DNA of 64,000 bases from an uncultured Chloroflexia bacterium (GCA_963746845.1 CAVVCZ010000006.1:96001-160000); one strand, 5' to 3'; positions 1 through 9,816 are shown, counted from the stretch's first letter. The notes: a model not told the origin generated them from the sequence alone. Made by a program: numbers and translations.

Positions 1-202
1 CAAGGGTTCGCGAGGCCCTTTCAGGATCGCGTCCGATGAGGTTGCCGAATTTCGACTCCCTGTCTGCCGCCGCTCGCCAGCCGGTCGGTTGACCGCGCGG
101 TAATGTTCGTCCAGGCGGACATCGGCCGCGAACGCTGCAGGCCACCGCCTTCCAGCGCCTGTTGCGCGCGATCCCGCGATCGACGACCGAGGGGGAGCTC
201 AC

Positions 203-1993
203 GTGGCTGCGACAGCGACAACCACAAAGCGACCGAGTCGCGCCCTGCCGGTCCTCGACGGGATCCTGCCGATCGACCGGGCGCGGATCCCGGGCGACCT
301 CATCGCCGGCGCGACCCTGGCCGCGCTCGCGATCCCCGAGGTCATGGGCTACACGAAGATCGCGGGCATGCCGGTCGTCACGGGCCTGTACACGATCCTG
401 TTGCCTGTTGCCGTGTTCGCCCTGTTGGGCTCGTCACGGCACCTCGTCGTGGGAGCCGACTCGGCGACGGCGGCGATCATGGCCACCGGCATCGTCGCGA
501 CCGGCGCCGTGGCCGGTTCTCCGCAATACGTGGCCCTGGCCTCGCTGACTGCCCTCATGTGCGCCGCGCTCCTCATCGGCGCCCGGCTCCTGAACCTCGG
601 CTTCATCGCCAACTTCCTGTCGCGCAGCGTGCTGATCGGCTTCCTCACGGGCGTCGGCATCCAGGTGGCGATGGGCCAGGTGGCCGGCATGTTCGGCGTC
701 GACGCCGGTAGCGGCGGAACAATCGAGAAGTTCGTCAACACCCTCAAGGCCATCCCGACCTCGACCCAGGGTGCGACCCTGGCCGTCTCGGTCAGCGTCC
801 TCGTGGTGATCATCGGCCTCGAGCGGGTCAACAAGAGGATCCCGGGCGCCCTCATCGCGGTGGTCGGGGCAATCGCCGTCAGCTACTTCCTGGACCTGGC
901 CGCGCGTGGTGTCACGACCCTCGGGACGGTCCAGGGGGGGCTCCCGACGTTCGGCCTCCCGCCGGACGTGATCACGACCGAAAACGTCCAGGCGCTGCTG
1001 CCGACGGTCTTCGCCATGTTCGTCGTCATCCTCGCCCAGAGCGCCGCTACGTCACGCGCCTACGCGATGAAGTACGGCGATCGCTTCGACGAGAACGTCG
1101 ACCTGGTCGGACTCGGCCTCGCGAATGCCGCCGCCGGCCTGTCCGCGACATTCGTCGTGAACGGCAGCCCGACGAAGACCTCGATGGTCGACAGCGCGGG
1201 CGGCCGGAGCCAGATCGCCCAGCTGACGACCGGCGCGATCGTCCTCGTCGTCCTTCTCTTCCTCACCGGCCCGCTCGCCTACATGCCCAACGCCGTCCTT
1301 GCGTCGGTCGTCTTCCTCATCGGGATCCGCCTCGTCGACGCGCGGGGAATGCGGGACATCGCGGCCGTCCGGCCCGGCGAGTTCGGCGTCGCCCTCCTGA
1401 CGGCTGCGACGGTCGTCGTCGTCGGCGTCGAGCAGGGCATCGTCCTCGCCATCATCCTGTCGATCGTCGTCCACCTCTATCACAGCTACCGACCGTACGA
1501 CACGCTCCTCCACATGACCCCGGACGGTCACATCCACGCGTCGTCGCCGTCCGACGGAGCGCAGCTCGCGCCCGGCCTGGCCGCCTATCGGTTCGGGGCC
1601 AGCCTGTACTACGCCAACGCGACTCGGTTCACCGCCGAGATCATGGACATCGTCGAGAACGCCGATCCTCCGATCCGCTGGTTCGCGGTCGTGGCCTCGG
1701 CCATCGGCGACATCGACTACTCGGGGGCCAATTCACTGCGGAGCGTGCACGAGGAGCTCGCCGCGCGCGACATCACGTTGATCCTCCTCGACGTCGATCC
1801 CCGAGTCCGCACGCTCCTCGACCGCTACGGGCTTACCGAACGGATCGGCGCGGCGCGCATCTTCGAGACGATCGGAGACGCGGCCGACGCGTACGTCGCG
1901 GCGACCGGCGATCATGCCACGGCGAACGCGGTCGAACCGGCCGGCACAGACGCGCCGCCGCCCGATCCATCCGGCGCGGCCGAGTCCGGATAG
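203..1993 (+). CDS. sulP: SulP/SLC26 family anion permease with C-terminal STAS domain
   Basis: GDLIAG..IPEVMGY..GLYT..FALLGSSRHLVVG signature, many TM segments, STAS motifs YRFGASLYYANA and DIDYSG. Confidence 0.95.
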   Translation: MAATATTTKRPSRALPVLDGILPIDRARIPGDLIAGATLAALAIPEVMGYTKIAGMPVVTGLYTILLPVAVFALLGSSRHLVVGADSATAAIMATGIVATGAVAGSPQYVALASLTALMCAALLIGARLLNLGFIANFLSRSVLIGFLTGVGIQVAMGQVAGMFGVDAGSGGTIEKFVNTLKAIPTSTQGATLAVSVSVLVVIIGLERVNKRIPGALIAVVGAIAVSYFLDLAARGVTTLGTVQGGLPTFGLPPDVITTENVQALLPTVFAMFVVILAQSAATSRAYAMKYGDRFDENVDLVGLGLANAAAGLSATFVVNGSPTKTSMVDSAGGRSQIAQLTTGAIVLVVLLFLTGPLAYMPNAVLASVVFLIGIRLVDARGMRDIAAVRPGEFGVALLTAATVVVVGVEQGIVLAIILSIVVHLYHSYRPYDTLLHMTPDGHIHASSPSDGAQLAPGLAAYRFGASLYYANATRFTAEIMDIVENADPPIRWFAVVASAIGDIDYSGANSLRSVHEELAARDITLILLDVDPRVRTLLDRYGLTERIGAARIFETIGDAADAYVAATGDHATANAVEPAGTDAPPPDPSGAAESG

Positions 1994-2001
1994 GAGGGGA
2001 C

Positions 2002-3348
2002 ATGGCATCGCTCGCGACGCCGGCCGAGCGACGCGCGGCCGGCGAGAAGGCCCGCTCGGCGGTACCGCTCGAGGTGCATGCGACATGGAAGCCGCCGGCC
2101 AAGCGAGCGGATCCCGTCGCCCTGCTCGAGAGCCAGGCCGCGAGCCGCATCCCGAGTCTCGTGCCGGTCCGCTACGGCCGGATGATGGCCTCGGCGTTCT
2201 CCTTCTACCGGGGGGCCGCCCTGCCGATGGCCGCAGACCTCGCGTCGGGGCCGTCGAGCGGCATCATCGTCCAGCTCTGCGGCGACGCCCATCTCTCGAA
2301 TTTCGGGCTGTTCGCCTCCCCCGAGCGTGACCTCGTGTTCGACATCAACGACTTCGACGAGACGTTGCCGGGCCCGTTCGAGTACGACGTGAAACGGCTT
2401 GCCACGAGCCTTGTCGTCGCCGGCCGATCCCGGGGCTTCTCGGCCCACGAGACCGCCCGCGTCGCCCGCGCTGCGGTCAAGGCATATCGCGTGCGGATGG
2501 CCGAGTACGCAGGCATGCGGGCGATCGACGTCTTCTACGCGCGCGTCGACGCCGCCGGGATCCTCGCCTACGTCGATCGGCGGGCCCGACCGTTCCTCCA
2601 CTCGACGGTGAAGTCGGCCGCCCATCACGACGCCCTCCACGAGCTGCCGAAGCTCTCGGAGATCGGGCCCGATGGGCAACGCCGCATCGTCGACCACCCG
2701 CCGATCATCCGCCACGTCAACGTCACGATGCCGGTCGAGCAGGCCACGCTCGATGCCTACCTCGAAACGCTCCAGGAGGACCGCCGTTTGCTCGTCGAGC
2801 GGTACCGGCTCGTGGACGCGGCACTGAAGGTTGTCGGGGTAGGCAGTGTCGGACTCGGAGCCTATGCCTGCCTCCTCGATGGCGGCGGCGGCGAGGATCC
2901 GCTCTTCCTCCAGGTGAAGCAGGCCGAGGCTTCGGTCTACGAACAGTTCCTCGGCCCAGGCGGGTATCCCCACCACGGTCAGCGCGTCGTGACCGGCCAG
3001 CGCCGACTCCAGGCCGCCAGCGACATCCTCCTCGGCTGGGTGACGGGGCCGCGCGGCCGCAGCCTGTACGTCCGCCAGCTCCAGGATCAGAAGGGCAGCG
3101 CGGTGGTGGAGGCGATGACGATCGCCGACCTCCGGAGCTGGGGAGAGCTGTGCGGCTGGGCCCTCGCGCGAGGCCACGCCAGCAGCGGCGAGCCGGCGAC
3201 GATCGCCGGGTACCTCGGGACCGGCACCGAGTTCGACCACGCGATCGGCGACTTCGCCACCGCCTACGCCGACCAGACCGAGCACGATCACGCCGCGCTC
3301 GTGGCGGCGGTCGAGGCCGGTCGCATCGCCGCCGTGACCGGCGTCTGA
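2002..3348 (+). CDS. DUF2252 family protein (kinase-like fold)
   Basis: RYGRMMASAFSFYRG, CGDAHLSNFG, FDINDFDE, KVVGVGSVG, QVKQA and YVRQL motifs; AGGAGG RBS. Confidence 0.92.
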   Translation: MASLATPAERRAAGEKARSAVPLEVHATWKPPAKRADPVALLESQAASRIPSLVPVRYGRMMASAFSFYRGAALPMAADLASGPSSGIIVQLCGDAHLSNFGLFASPERDLVFDINDFDETLPGPFEYDVKRLATSLVVAGRSRGFSAHETARVARAAVKAYRVRMAEYAGMRAIDVFYARVDAAGILAYVDRRARPFLHSTVKSAAHHDALHELPKLSEIGPDGQRRIVDHPPIIRHVNVTMPVEQATLDAYLETLQEDRRLLVERYRLVDAALKVVGVGSVGLGAYACLLDGGGGEDPLFLQVKQAEASVYEQFLGPGGYPHHGQRVVTGQRRLQAASDILLGWVTGPRGRSLYVRQLQDQKGSAVVEAMTIADLRSWGELCGWALARGHASSGEPATIAGYLGTGTEFDHAIGDFATAYADQTEHDHAALVAAVEAGRIAAVTGV

Positions 3349-3418
3349 TCGATCCGCTCTGGGGCTGGCGGTCCACACGGGCCGCGGCCGGTGGGATCGC
3401 CGCGGTCGGGTCCTTCGG

Positions 3419-3488
3419 GCCAGGATGTGTCATGGGCGAAACCGGTGTCCCGGATAGTCGACACATTCTGTCAGCAATCGGCTATGCT
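3419..3488 (+). promoter_or_regulatory. Leaderless promoter of the WYL gene with two GAC-N7-GTC-like boxes
   Basis: GCCAGGATGTGTCA at 3419-3432, GACACATTCTGTCA at 3460-3473, -10 TATGCT at 3483-3488, 8 nt before the ATG. Confidence 0.55.
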
Positions 3489-3496
3489 GGCGGGCG

Positions 3497-4525
3497 ATGC
3501 GCGCCTCGCGGTTGGTTTCGCTTCTCCTGCTCCTGCAGTCGCGCGGCGGCCAGACCGCTGCCGAGCTGGCCGAGGAGCTCGAGGTCTCGGTCCGGACGAT
3601 CCATCGCGACGTCGACGCGCTGAGCGCATCCGGCGTCCCGATCTACGCCGACCGCGGACCGCACGGCGGGATCCGCCTCGTCGACGGCTACCGCACCCGG
3701 CTCACCGGCATGACCGCGGACGAAGCCGAGGCGCTGTTCCTCGCCGGTCTGCCGGGCCCAGCCGCGGAGCTCGGGCTCGGGACGGTCGTGGCCGCCGCAC
3801 GGCTCAAGGTCCTTGCCTCCCTCCCGACCGAGCTGCGCGGCCGTGCGTCACGCCTCGTGGAGCGGTTCCATCTCGATGCGGCCGCCTGGTATCACGCGGA
3901 CGAGGCCGTGCCGCATCTCGGTGAGCTGTCCGAGGCGGTCTGGGAAGCTCGCCGGGTGAAGATCGGCTACAACCGCGGCGACAAGACCGTCGATCGGATC
4001 CTCGAGCCACTCGGCCTCGTCCTCAAGGCGGGCGTCTGGTACCTCGTGGCGCAGGCCGACGGCCAGCCGCGGACCTACCGCGTCTCGCGCGTCAGCCGCG
4101 TGGAGACGCTCGATGAGAGCTTCGAGCGGCCCGACCGGTTCGACCTCGCGGCGTTCTGGACCGAATCGAGCGCGGCCTACGAACGGGACACGCCGCGGGT
4201 CGAGGTTGTCCTCCGGATCGCCCGCGACCGGATCGACCGCCTCCGCGACGTGATCGGCGAACGGCCGTACGACACGATCGAACGGCTCGGCGACGACGAC
4301 GAGGGCTGGGTGCGTCTCCGGGTCAGGCTCGACTGGCCCAACGAGGTGACGACCCAGATCCTCGCGGTCGGGCCGGGCTGCGAGCTGCTGGAGCCGGAGC
4401 CGTTGCGCCGGCGGATCGCCGAGGAGGCGCGCCGGCTGGCCGCCCGGTACGACGACGAGGCGGCCGTCACGTCCGCCTCGTCGATCGCCCCGGCGCCGCC
4501 CGCGCCGGCCGTGGCCGCAGGCTAG
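3497..4525 (+). CDS. YafY/DriD-like HTH-WYL-WCX transcriptional regulator
   Basis: N-terminal wHTH (LAEELEVSVRTIHRDVDAL), WYL domain (EPLGLV..GVWYLVA..RTYRVSRV), WCX tail (LLEPEPLRRRI). Confidence 0.95.
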   Translation: MRASRLVSLLLLLQSRGGQTAAELAEELEVSVRTIHRDVDALSASGVPIYADRGPHGGIRLVDGYRTRLTGMTADEAEALFLAGLPGPAAELGLGTVVAAARLKVLASLPTELRGRASRLVERFHLDAAAWYHADEAVPHLGELSEAVWEARRVKIGYNRGDKTVDRILEPLGLVLKAGVWYLVAQADGQPRTYRVSRVSRVETLDESFERPDRFDLAAFWTESSAAYERDTPRVEVVLRIARDRIDRLRDVIGERPYDTIERLGDDDEGWVRLRVRLDWPNEVTTQILAVGPGCELLEPEPLRRRIAEEARRLAARYDDEAAVTSASSIAPAPPAPAVAAG

Positions 4526-4728
4526 GCGACCTCGCACGCCGGTCCGCCCGACCGCTCGGCCCGGCTCGCCGGTCGCGCTCCCACGACCGTCGCCGGACGC
4601 GTGATCCGCGGCGAATCGACCGTCTCCGCCCATGGCCCGGACAGGAGCCGCCGCTCGCGACTCGCCCGCTCGAGCTGACGCTCGCGATCCGCCTGGATCG
4701 CGCTCATCAGCGGATGGGAAGGAAACAT
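4522..4728 (-). CDS. Small hypothetical protein (68 aa), convergent with the WYL gene
   Basis: GAGGTG RBS before the ATG at 4728; sequence MFPSHPLMSAIQADRERQLERASRERRLL; stop overlaps the WYL stop. Confidence 0.7.
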   Translation of the reverse strand: MFPSHPLMSAIQADRERQLERASRERRLLSGPWAETVDSPRITRPATVVGARPASRAERSGGPACEVA

Positions 4729-4882
4729 CTCGCACCTCGTCTGACCGTCATCCGACTGTCGACTGTCGTCCACTCCGTCATCCTGACGGATGTACCTGTC
4801 AGAACCTGTCAACAGTGTCGGGCGCGGCGCGAAACCGGACGGCAGACGCGCGATCGAGCGGCTGTGCGATACCCTCCCCCCG

Positions 4883-5752
4883 ATGACGTTCGACCCGAAC
4901 GCACAGCTCGATCCCACCCAGGTCACGGACGTCCGCGGACGGTCCGTGGGCCGCGGCGGCGGCCTGGCCGTGGGTGGCGGCGGGCTCGGCCTGATCATCG
5001 TGCTCATCTACACGCTGCTCGGCGGCAACCCGGGCGACCTCCTGAGCTCGGGCGGTGGCGGCGGCACGATCGACACGAACGGCCCGAACAGCTCCGCGCT
5101 CGCTGCATGCACAAGCGGCGCGCAGGCGAACGCGCGCGAGGATTGCCAGATCGTCGGCTACGTCAACAGCATCCAGGCGTTCTGGGCGACCCAGGTGCAG
5201 GGCTACGAGAAGGCCGAGACGATCATCTTCACCGGAGCGGTCTCGACGGGCTGCGGCGACGCCTCATCGGCCACGGGCCCGTTCTACTGCCCGGTCGACA
5301 AGAACGTCTATCTCGATCTCGGCTTCTTCCAGGAGCTCCAGGATCGGTTCGGCGCGAAGGACGCGCCGTTCGCCCGCGCCTACGTGGTCGCCCACGAGTA
5401 CGGGCATCACGTGCAGGACCTGGTCGGCGACCTCGGCTCGGGCAGTGGCGAGACCGGCGCGTCCGGACGATCCGTCCGCACGGAGCTCCAGGCGGACTGC
5501 TACGCGGGCGTGTGGGCCCACAGCGCGAGCTCGACCGGCTTCATCCAGCCCCTGACGCAGGACCAGATCGGGGCGGCCGATGACGCGGCGACGGCCGTCG
5601 GCGACGATCGGATCCAGGCGTCCGTCGGTGGCGGGGTCGACCCCGACAGCTTCACCCACGGGACGTCGGCCCAGCGGGTCCGCTGGTTCACGGCCGGGTA
5701 CGACTCGGGTAACCCGCGCGACTGCGACACGTTCAACGCACAGCAGCTGTAG
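4883..5752 (+). CDS. Neutral zinc metallopeptidase (YpfJ/KPN_02809-like)
   Basis: TGCG..GPFYCP.D, AHEYGHHVQ (HExxH), ELQADCYAG, FTHGTSAQR; N-terminal TM; TACCCT -10 7 nt upstream. Confidence 0.93.
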   Translation: MTFDPNAQLDPTQVTDVRGRSVGRGGGLAVGGGGLGLIIVLIYTLLGGNPGDLLSSGGGGGTIDTNGPNSSALAACTSGAQANAREDCQIVGYVNSIQAFWATQVQGYEKAETIIFTGAVSTGCGDASSATGPFYCPVDKNVYLDLGFFQELQDRFGAKDAPFARAYVVAHEYGHHVQDLVGDLGSGSGETGASGRSVRTELQADCYAGVWAHSASSTGFIQPLTQDQIGAADDAATAVGDDRIQASVGGGVDPDSFTHGTSAQRVRWFTAGYDSGNPRDCDTFNAQQL

Positions 5753-5782
5753 ACGGGCTCGCGCCCCCCGGCGTCCGCCGGG

Positions 5783-6289
5783 CTAGGCGACGGCGCCGGC
5801 GAAGGCGAAGGCGAGGGTTGGTGCCGTGCCGGTCTCGGGCGCCTCGACCGCCTCGGTCGCGCGAGCTGTCGACTCGTCGGTCCGGCGGGTCTCGCCGAAG
5901 GCCGACAGGGCGAGGGCGATCAGGCTGACCTGGAGGGCCCAGACGAGCGCCGAGGCGATGTCGATCGTGCCGAACAGGATCGCCTGCTGCTGAGCGGGCT
6001 CGGCGATCCCGGCGAGCGAGATCGCGACCGCGAGGACGACCAGCCAGAGCGCCGCGCGCCGGCCGCCACGGGTCGGGCGCGCCGCGATCGTGGCGAGGAG
6101 GCCGACGAAGACCAGGGCGATGAGCGATGGGGAGATCGCGGTGCCATGGGCCCAGACGTCGGCCGAGATGGAGGACACGTCGCCGTGGCCACCGAACGTG
6201 TACGGCAGGTGCTGGGCGACGCCGATCTTCGTCAGGGCGAGGCCGATGGCGATGACGATCGTGGCGATCGCGGCGGGTCGGGTGCGCAT
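5783..6289 (-). CDS. Hypothetical membrane protein (~4 TM)
   Basis: GGAGG RBS, hydrophobic helices, GC3-rich codon usage. Confidence 0.7.
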   Translation of the reverse strand: MRTRPAAIATIVIAIGLALTKIGVAQHLPYTFGGHGDVSSISADVWAHGTAISPSLIALVFVGLLATIAARPTRGGRRAALWLVVLAVAISLAGIAEPAQQQAILFGTIDIASALVWALQVSLIALALSAFGETRRTDESTARATEAVEAPETGTAPTLAFAFAGAVA

Positions 6290-6618
6290 GATGCCTCCGG
6301 GAGTGATCGAGGATCGAACTGCCGGGATCGTGGCGACCGGCACGCCGCGCGACGACCGCCTCTCGTCGCCGCCGATGATGGACATCCGTCGCATCGCCCG
6401 CGACCGGCGGGCACCTCGGCCCTTCTCGTTCGTGTGCCTGAGCCTCACGTCGACGCGCGGCCTTGGCATGCGTGTGCCATGCACATGCGCCGTGACGTCA
6501 CGCGGCCCCGCCAAGCACGAGCTCCGAGGCGATGTGCCTGCGGCAACGTTCTCGGGTGTGTCACGCCCACGCGCGCGAACCCGAGACCGGATCGGAGCGC
6601 GCAGGGCGGCGGCGGCGC

Positions 6619-7020
6619 TCACGACGTCGGGTCGATCACCACCTCGATCAGGGGGCTCTCGGCGACCATCCGGTCCACGTCGGTCCGGCCCCACGCTCGG
6701 GCGACCCGTTCGAGGATCGGCCGGCGCTCTGCCTCGTCCCTCACGATCCGGGCGGTTGCGGGCAGGTCGGCGACCGCAATCGGGCCCTTCAGATGGACCG
6801 TGAGGCGCGGGTCTGCCTCGAGGTTCGCGATCCACGATCGCTTGCGCGGCGACGGCCTGCCGGAGATCCACATCCGGCCGTCGATCCGGTGGAACACGAT
6901 CTCGATCCGGCGAGGCTCCCCGGAGCGACGACCGGTCGTCGTGATGTCGATCGTGCCGCCCAGCGACAGCGCGGCGCGGTTCTGGTCGTCGGCGGCCGGT
7001 CCCACGGTGGCCTCAGCCAC
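6619..7020 (-). CDS. Nitroreductase/DDN family (F420-dependent split-barrel) oxidoreductase
   Basis: TTTGRRSGEPR and WIANLEADP motifs; GTG overlaps the upstream stop (start approximate). Confidence 0.85.
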   Translation of the reverse strand: MAEATVGPAADDQNRAALSLGGTIDITTTGRRSGEPRRIEIVFHRIDGRMWISGRPSPRKRSWIANLEADPRLTVHLKGPIAVADLPATARIVRDEAERRPILERVARAWGRTDVDRMVAESPLIEVVIDPTS

Positions 7021-7579
7021 CTGCGGCGGCCCGCTGCTCGGCCTTCCGGGCGCCCTTCCACGTCTGGTATTCACGGAGGGACTCCGGCGAGTCCACGTCC
7101 CCGAGCGTCATGTGGTCCGGGACGTAGGCCTCCCATCCGGCCGGAGCGACGCCGAGCCGCTTGCCGAGGATCGCGACGAGCGTCCCGGCCTTCATCGGGC
7201 CGAAGCCCGGGATGTCGAGCAGGCGGGCGTGGAGGTCGGCGCCGTCCTTCGCCTCGCGCCAGATCCGTGATGCGTCGCCGTCGTAGCGCTCGACGAGGTA
7301 GGCGCACATCTCCTGGGTCCGCTTCGCCATGTTGCCGGGGAAGCGATGGAGGGCCGGCGGCGTCCGGAACACGGTGTCGAGCTCGGCGGGGTCCATCGCC
7401 GCGATCGCCCGGGCGTCGAGGCCGCCGATCCGCTTGCTGAGCTCGAGCGGCCCGGAGAACGCCTTCTGGAGGGTCACCTGCTGATCGAGCGCGAAACCGA
7501 TCAGGAGCGCGAGCGGGTCGTCGACCAGGAGCTGGTCGGCATCGGGATTGCCGGTGAAGGGCAGGTGGGCAGTCGTCAT
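7013..7579 (-). CDS. HhH-GPD-type base excision repair family protein
   Basis: ADQLL..DPLALLIGFALDQQV..AFSGP, ALHRFPGNMA, HhH motif IPGFGPMKA. Confidence 0.9.
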   Translation of the reverse strand: MTTAHLPFTGNPDADQLLVDDPLALLIGFALDQQVTLQKAFSGPLELSKRIGGLDARAIAAMDPAELDTVFRTPPALHRFPGNMAKRTQEMCAYLVERYDGDASRIWREAKDGADLHARLLDIPGFGPMKAGTLVAILGKRLGVAPAGWEAYVPDHMTLGDVDSPESLREYQTWKGARKAEQRAAAGG

Positions 7580-7631
7580 CGCCAGATGGTAGGTCGTCCG
7601 GCCGAAGGGCGACCGGCGCGGCCGATCCCGG

Positions 7632-7841
7632 TCAGGCGCGGCGCGTCCCGAAGGTCTGCCCCTCGGCTCCGGCGAGGCTCCGGCCGGCCGAGATCAGGGC
7701 GTGGCCGGTCCACCGGCGTGCCCGCTCGACGATGCCGGGGTGGGCCGAATCGGCCGCGAGCAGTCGTTCGGTCCGGAGCCCCTCGATCTCGCGATCGAGG
7801 TCGGCGCGATGGATTCGGCTGGCTTCATGGTCGTAGGTCAT
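7632..7841 (-). CDS. Small hypothetical protein (69 aa)
   Basis: AAGGAG RBS; sequence MTYDHEASRIHRADLDREIEGLRTERLL; follows the DUF2089 operon. Confidence 0.7.
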   Translation of the reverse strand: MTYDHEASRIHRADLDREIEGLRTERLLAADSAHPGIVERARRWTGHALISAGRSLAGAEGQTFGTRRA

Positions 7842-7875
7842 GAGAGTGGTCTCCTTCCGTGGTGGGGTCGTCGGG

Positions 7876-8259
7876 TCACTCGAGGGCGATCCGGACGCGG
7901 TCTCCGTCGTCGTCGTCGACGACGAGCAGGGTTCCGATCCGGCCATCGGCCAGGGCGCGCCGGACGAGGTCGGCGCTGTCGTCCGAGAGTCCGGGGATCC
8001 GGTTGAGGGCGAGACGGCTGAGCGGCACGGGGATCCGGAGGTTGACGACCTTCCGGCCGGCCTCCGTCACCTCGATCCGGAGCGACGAGGCGCTGCCGGA
8101 GGCGGTCGGGCGTTCGGCGTCGTCCGCGGGCGGGATCGAGCTCTCGCCGGCGTCGTCGAGGCCCTCGGCCCCGAGCGCATCGAGGATCGGGCCGGCCTCC
8201 GCGGCCGTCAGGCGACCTTCGGACACGAGCCGGAGAACCTGCTCGAGCGCGTCAGACAT
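7876..8259 (-). CDS. SHOCT-like domain protein (YvlB-like)
   Basis: VLRLVSEGRLTAAEA SHOCT-like N-terminus; LRIEVTE..VVNLRIPV C-terminus; overlaps the upstream gene. Confidence 0.8.
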   Translation of the reverse strand: MSDALEQVLRLVSEGRLTAAEAGPILDALGAEGLDDAGESSIPPADDAERPTASGSASSLRIEVTEAGRKVVNLRIPVPLSRLALNRIPGLSDDSADLVRRALADGRIGTLLVVDDDDGDRVRIALE

Positions 8260-9361
8260 GACCGCCGTCCTCGACCTCGGCCTCGCGCGCGTCGAGCTCG
8301 GCCAGGCGGTCCAGCGCGGTCCGGACGTCCAGCTCGCCGCTCTCGAGGGCCCGGAGGATCGCGAGGCGCCCGTCGTCCGCGACCGACGGGCCCGGCTCCC
8401 CGCTCGCCGCCTGGCCGTCGGAGATCGCGTCGACGCGGGAGAGTGCCGACCGATCCTCCGACAAGCCCGGCAGCGGCGGGAGTGGCGGAAGCTGGGGGAT
8501 AGACGGGGCCGGCGGCAGTTCTGGTGCGCCCGGCGCTGGTGGAGCGGACGGAGCCGACGGTTCGACGGGTCGGGAGCGAACCCCGGAGCCGTCGTGGATC
8601 CGCAGGTCACCGGACACGGAGCGGAAGGCCAGCTCCACGTCGCCGTCGCCGATCACGGCCATCCGCTGGCCGGGCCGGCCCTCGCTCCGGTGCGGCAGGG
8701 TGCTCGACAGGTCGCCGGACACCGTTCGGGCATGGACACGGAGACCGCCGCTCGCGACCAGGGAGACGTCGCCGCTCAGGGTCTCGATCGTGTTGCCGGT
8801 CTTCGCCGTGAGGGGCGTGTCGAGGCGGACATCGCCGCTCGTCGTCTGGACGCGAACGACGTCGAGCGTCCCGCCGGCGACCCGGACGTCCCCGGACACC
8901 GTCCGGATCGCCAGCTCGACGGTTCCGGACAGCTCCATCTCGACGTCGCCCGAGACGGCGTTCACATCGATCCGGCCGGCCGCTTCGACGAGGCGCAGCT
9001 CGCCCGACGCCGTCCGGTAGTGCTGTGGGCCGTGGAGCCCGCGGCCACTGACCGAGCCGCTGGCCGTGTCGACGGTGACGTCGGTCTCGGGCGGGACCCC
9101 GACCTCGAGCTCGACCGACTGCCGGCCGTGTCCGAAGGTCAGGCCCAGGGCGTCCTTCTCACGGATCGTCAGACCGCCGTCGACGGCCTCGATCACGACC
9201 CGATCCGGGAGCGGGCGACCGCCCGGCGACCGCACGGTCGCGCGTTCGCCGTCCTCTCCGTTGATCCGGATGTCGGCCGAGGCAAGACGGATCGCGAGGC
9301 GACCATGGCGGCCGATCGGATGGTCGAGCAGGAGCGTGGCCTCGTCGTGGACGGCGGTCAT
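8252..9361 (-). CDS. DUF4097 beta-strand repeat protein with C-terminal SHOCT-like domain
   Basis: Repeated (T/V)xSGD(V/L) strands, Pro-rich linker, RLAILRALESGELDV. Confidence 0.88.
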   Translation of the reverse strand: MTAVHDEATLLLDHPIGRHGRLAIRLASADIRINGEDGERATVRSPGGRPLPDRVVIEAVDGGLTIREKDALGLTFGHGRQSVELEVGVPPETDVTVDTASGSVSGRGLHGPQHYRTASGELRLVEAAGRIDVNAVSGDVEMELSGTVELAIRTVSGDVRVAGGTLDVVRVQTTSGDVRLDTPLTAKTGNTIETLSGDVSLVASGGLRVHARTVSGDLSSTLPHRSEGRPGQRMAVIGDGDVELAFRSVSGDLRIHDGSGVRSRPVEPSAPSAPPAPGAPELPPAPSIPQLPPLPPLPGLSEDRSALSRVDAISDGQAASGEPGPSVADDGRLAILRALESGELDVRTALDRLAELDAREAEVEDGGHV

Positions 9362-9774
9362 GAGCGGGTCCTCCCGAGCGCCCTGATCGCCACGGCGGCG
9401 TCGTCGGCGCTGATCTCGCGTCGGGCCAGCCGCTCGAGGATCTCCTCGCGGCTGGTGGGTTCGGTGGGGGTCTCGCCGTCGGTCGCCGGGGCGTCGTCGT
9501 CGGGTCGCGGGCCGAAGCCCAGGGCCCGCACCAGCGCCTCGACCCGGGCGCGGACGGTCGGATAGGAGATGCCGAGCTCGCGCTCGACGTCGCGGAGGTT
9601 GCCGCGGGACCGGAGGAAGCTCTCGAGGAGGGCCATCTGGTCGCGGCTCAGCCGGGCGAACCGGCCGACCGAGAACTCGCCCTCGAGCGTCGTTCCGCAC
9701 GAGGTGCAGCGCAGCCGGGTGACGGCGAGCTCGCCGGAGCAGACGGGACAGGTGGAGATGACGTCGTGCGGCAT
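9358..9774 (-). CDS. DUF2089 family protein (zinc ribbon + HTH + SHOCT-like)
   Basis: CPVC..LRCTSCGTTLEGEF, RGNLRDVERELGISYPTVRAR, EILERLARREISADDA. Confidence 0.93.
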   Translation of the reverse strand: MPHDVISTCPVCSGELAVTRLRCTSCGTTLEGEFSVGRFARLSRDQMALLESFLRSRGNLRDVERELGISYPTVRARVEALVRALGFGPRPDDDAPATDGETPTEPTSREEILERLARREISADDAAVAIRALGRTRS

Positions 9775-9816
9775 GGGTTCCTCGATGGAGGTGGCGTTGA
9801 CCGCATCGTCGTACGC

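Noticed and set aside
6455-6490. Sigma54-like TGGCAC...TGC promoter
   Set aside because: The GG-to-GC spacing is 9 nt rather than the required 10 on both strands.
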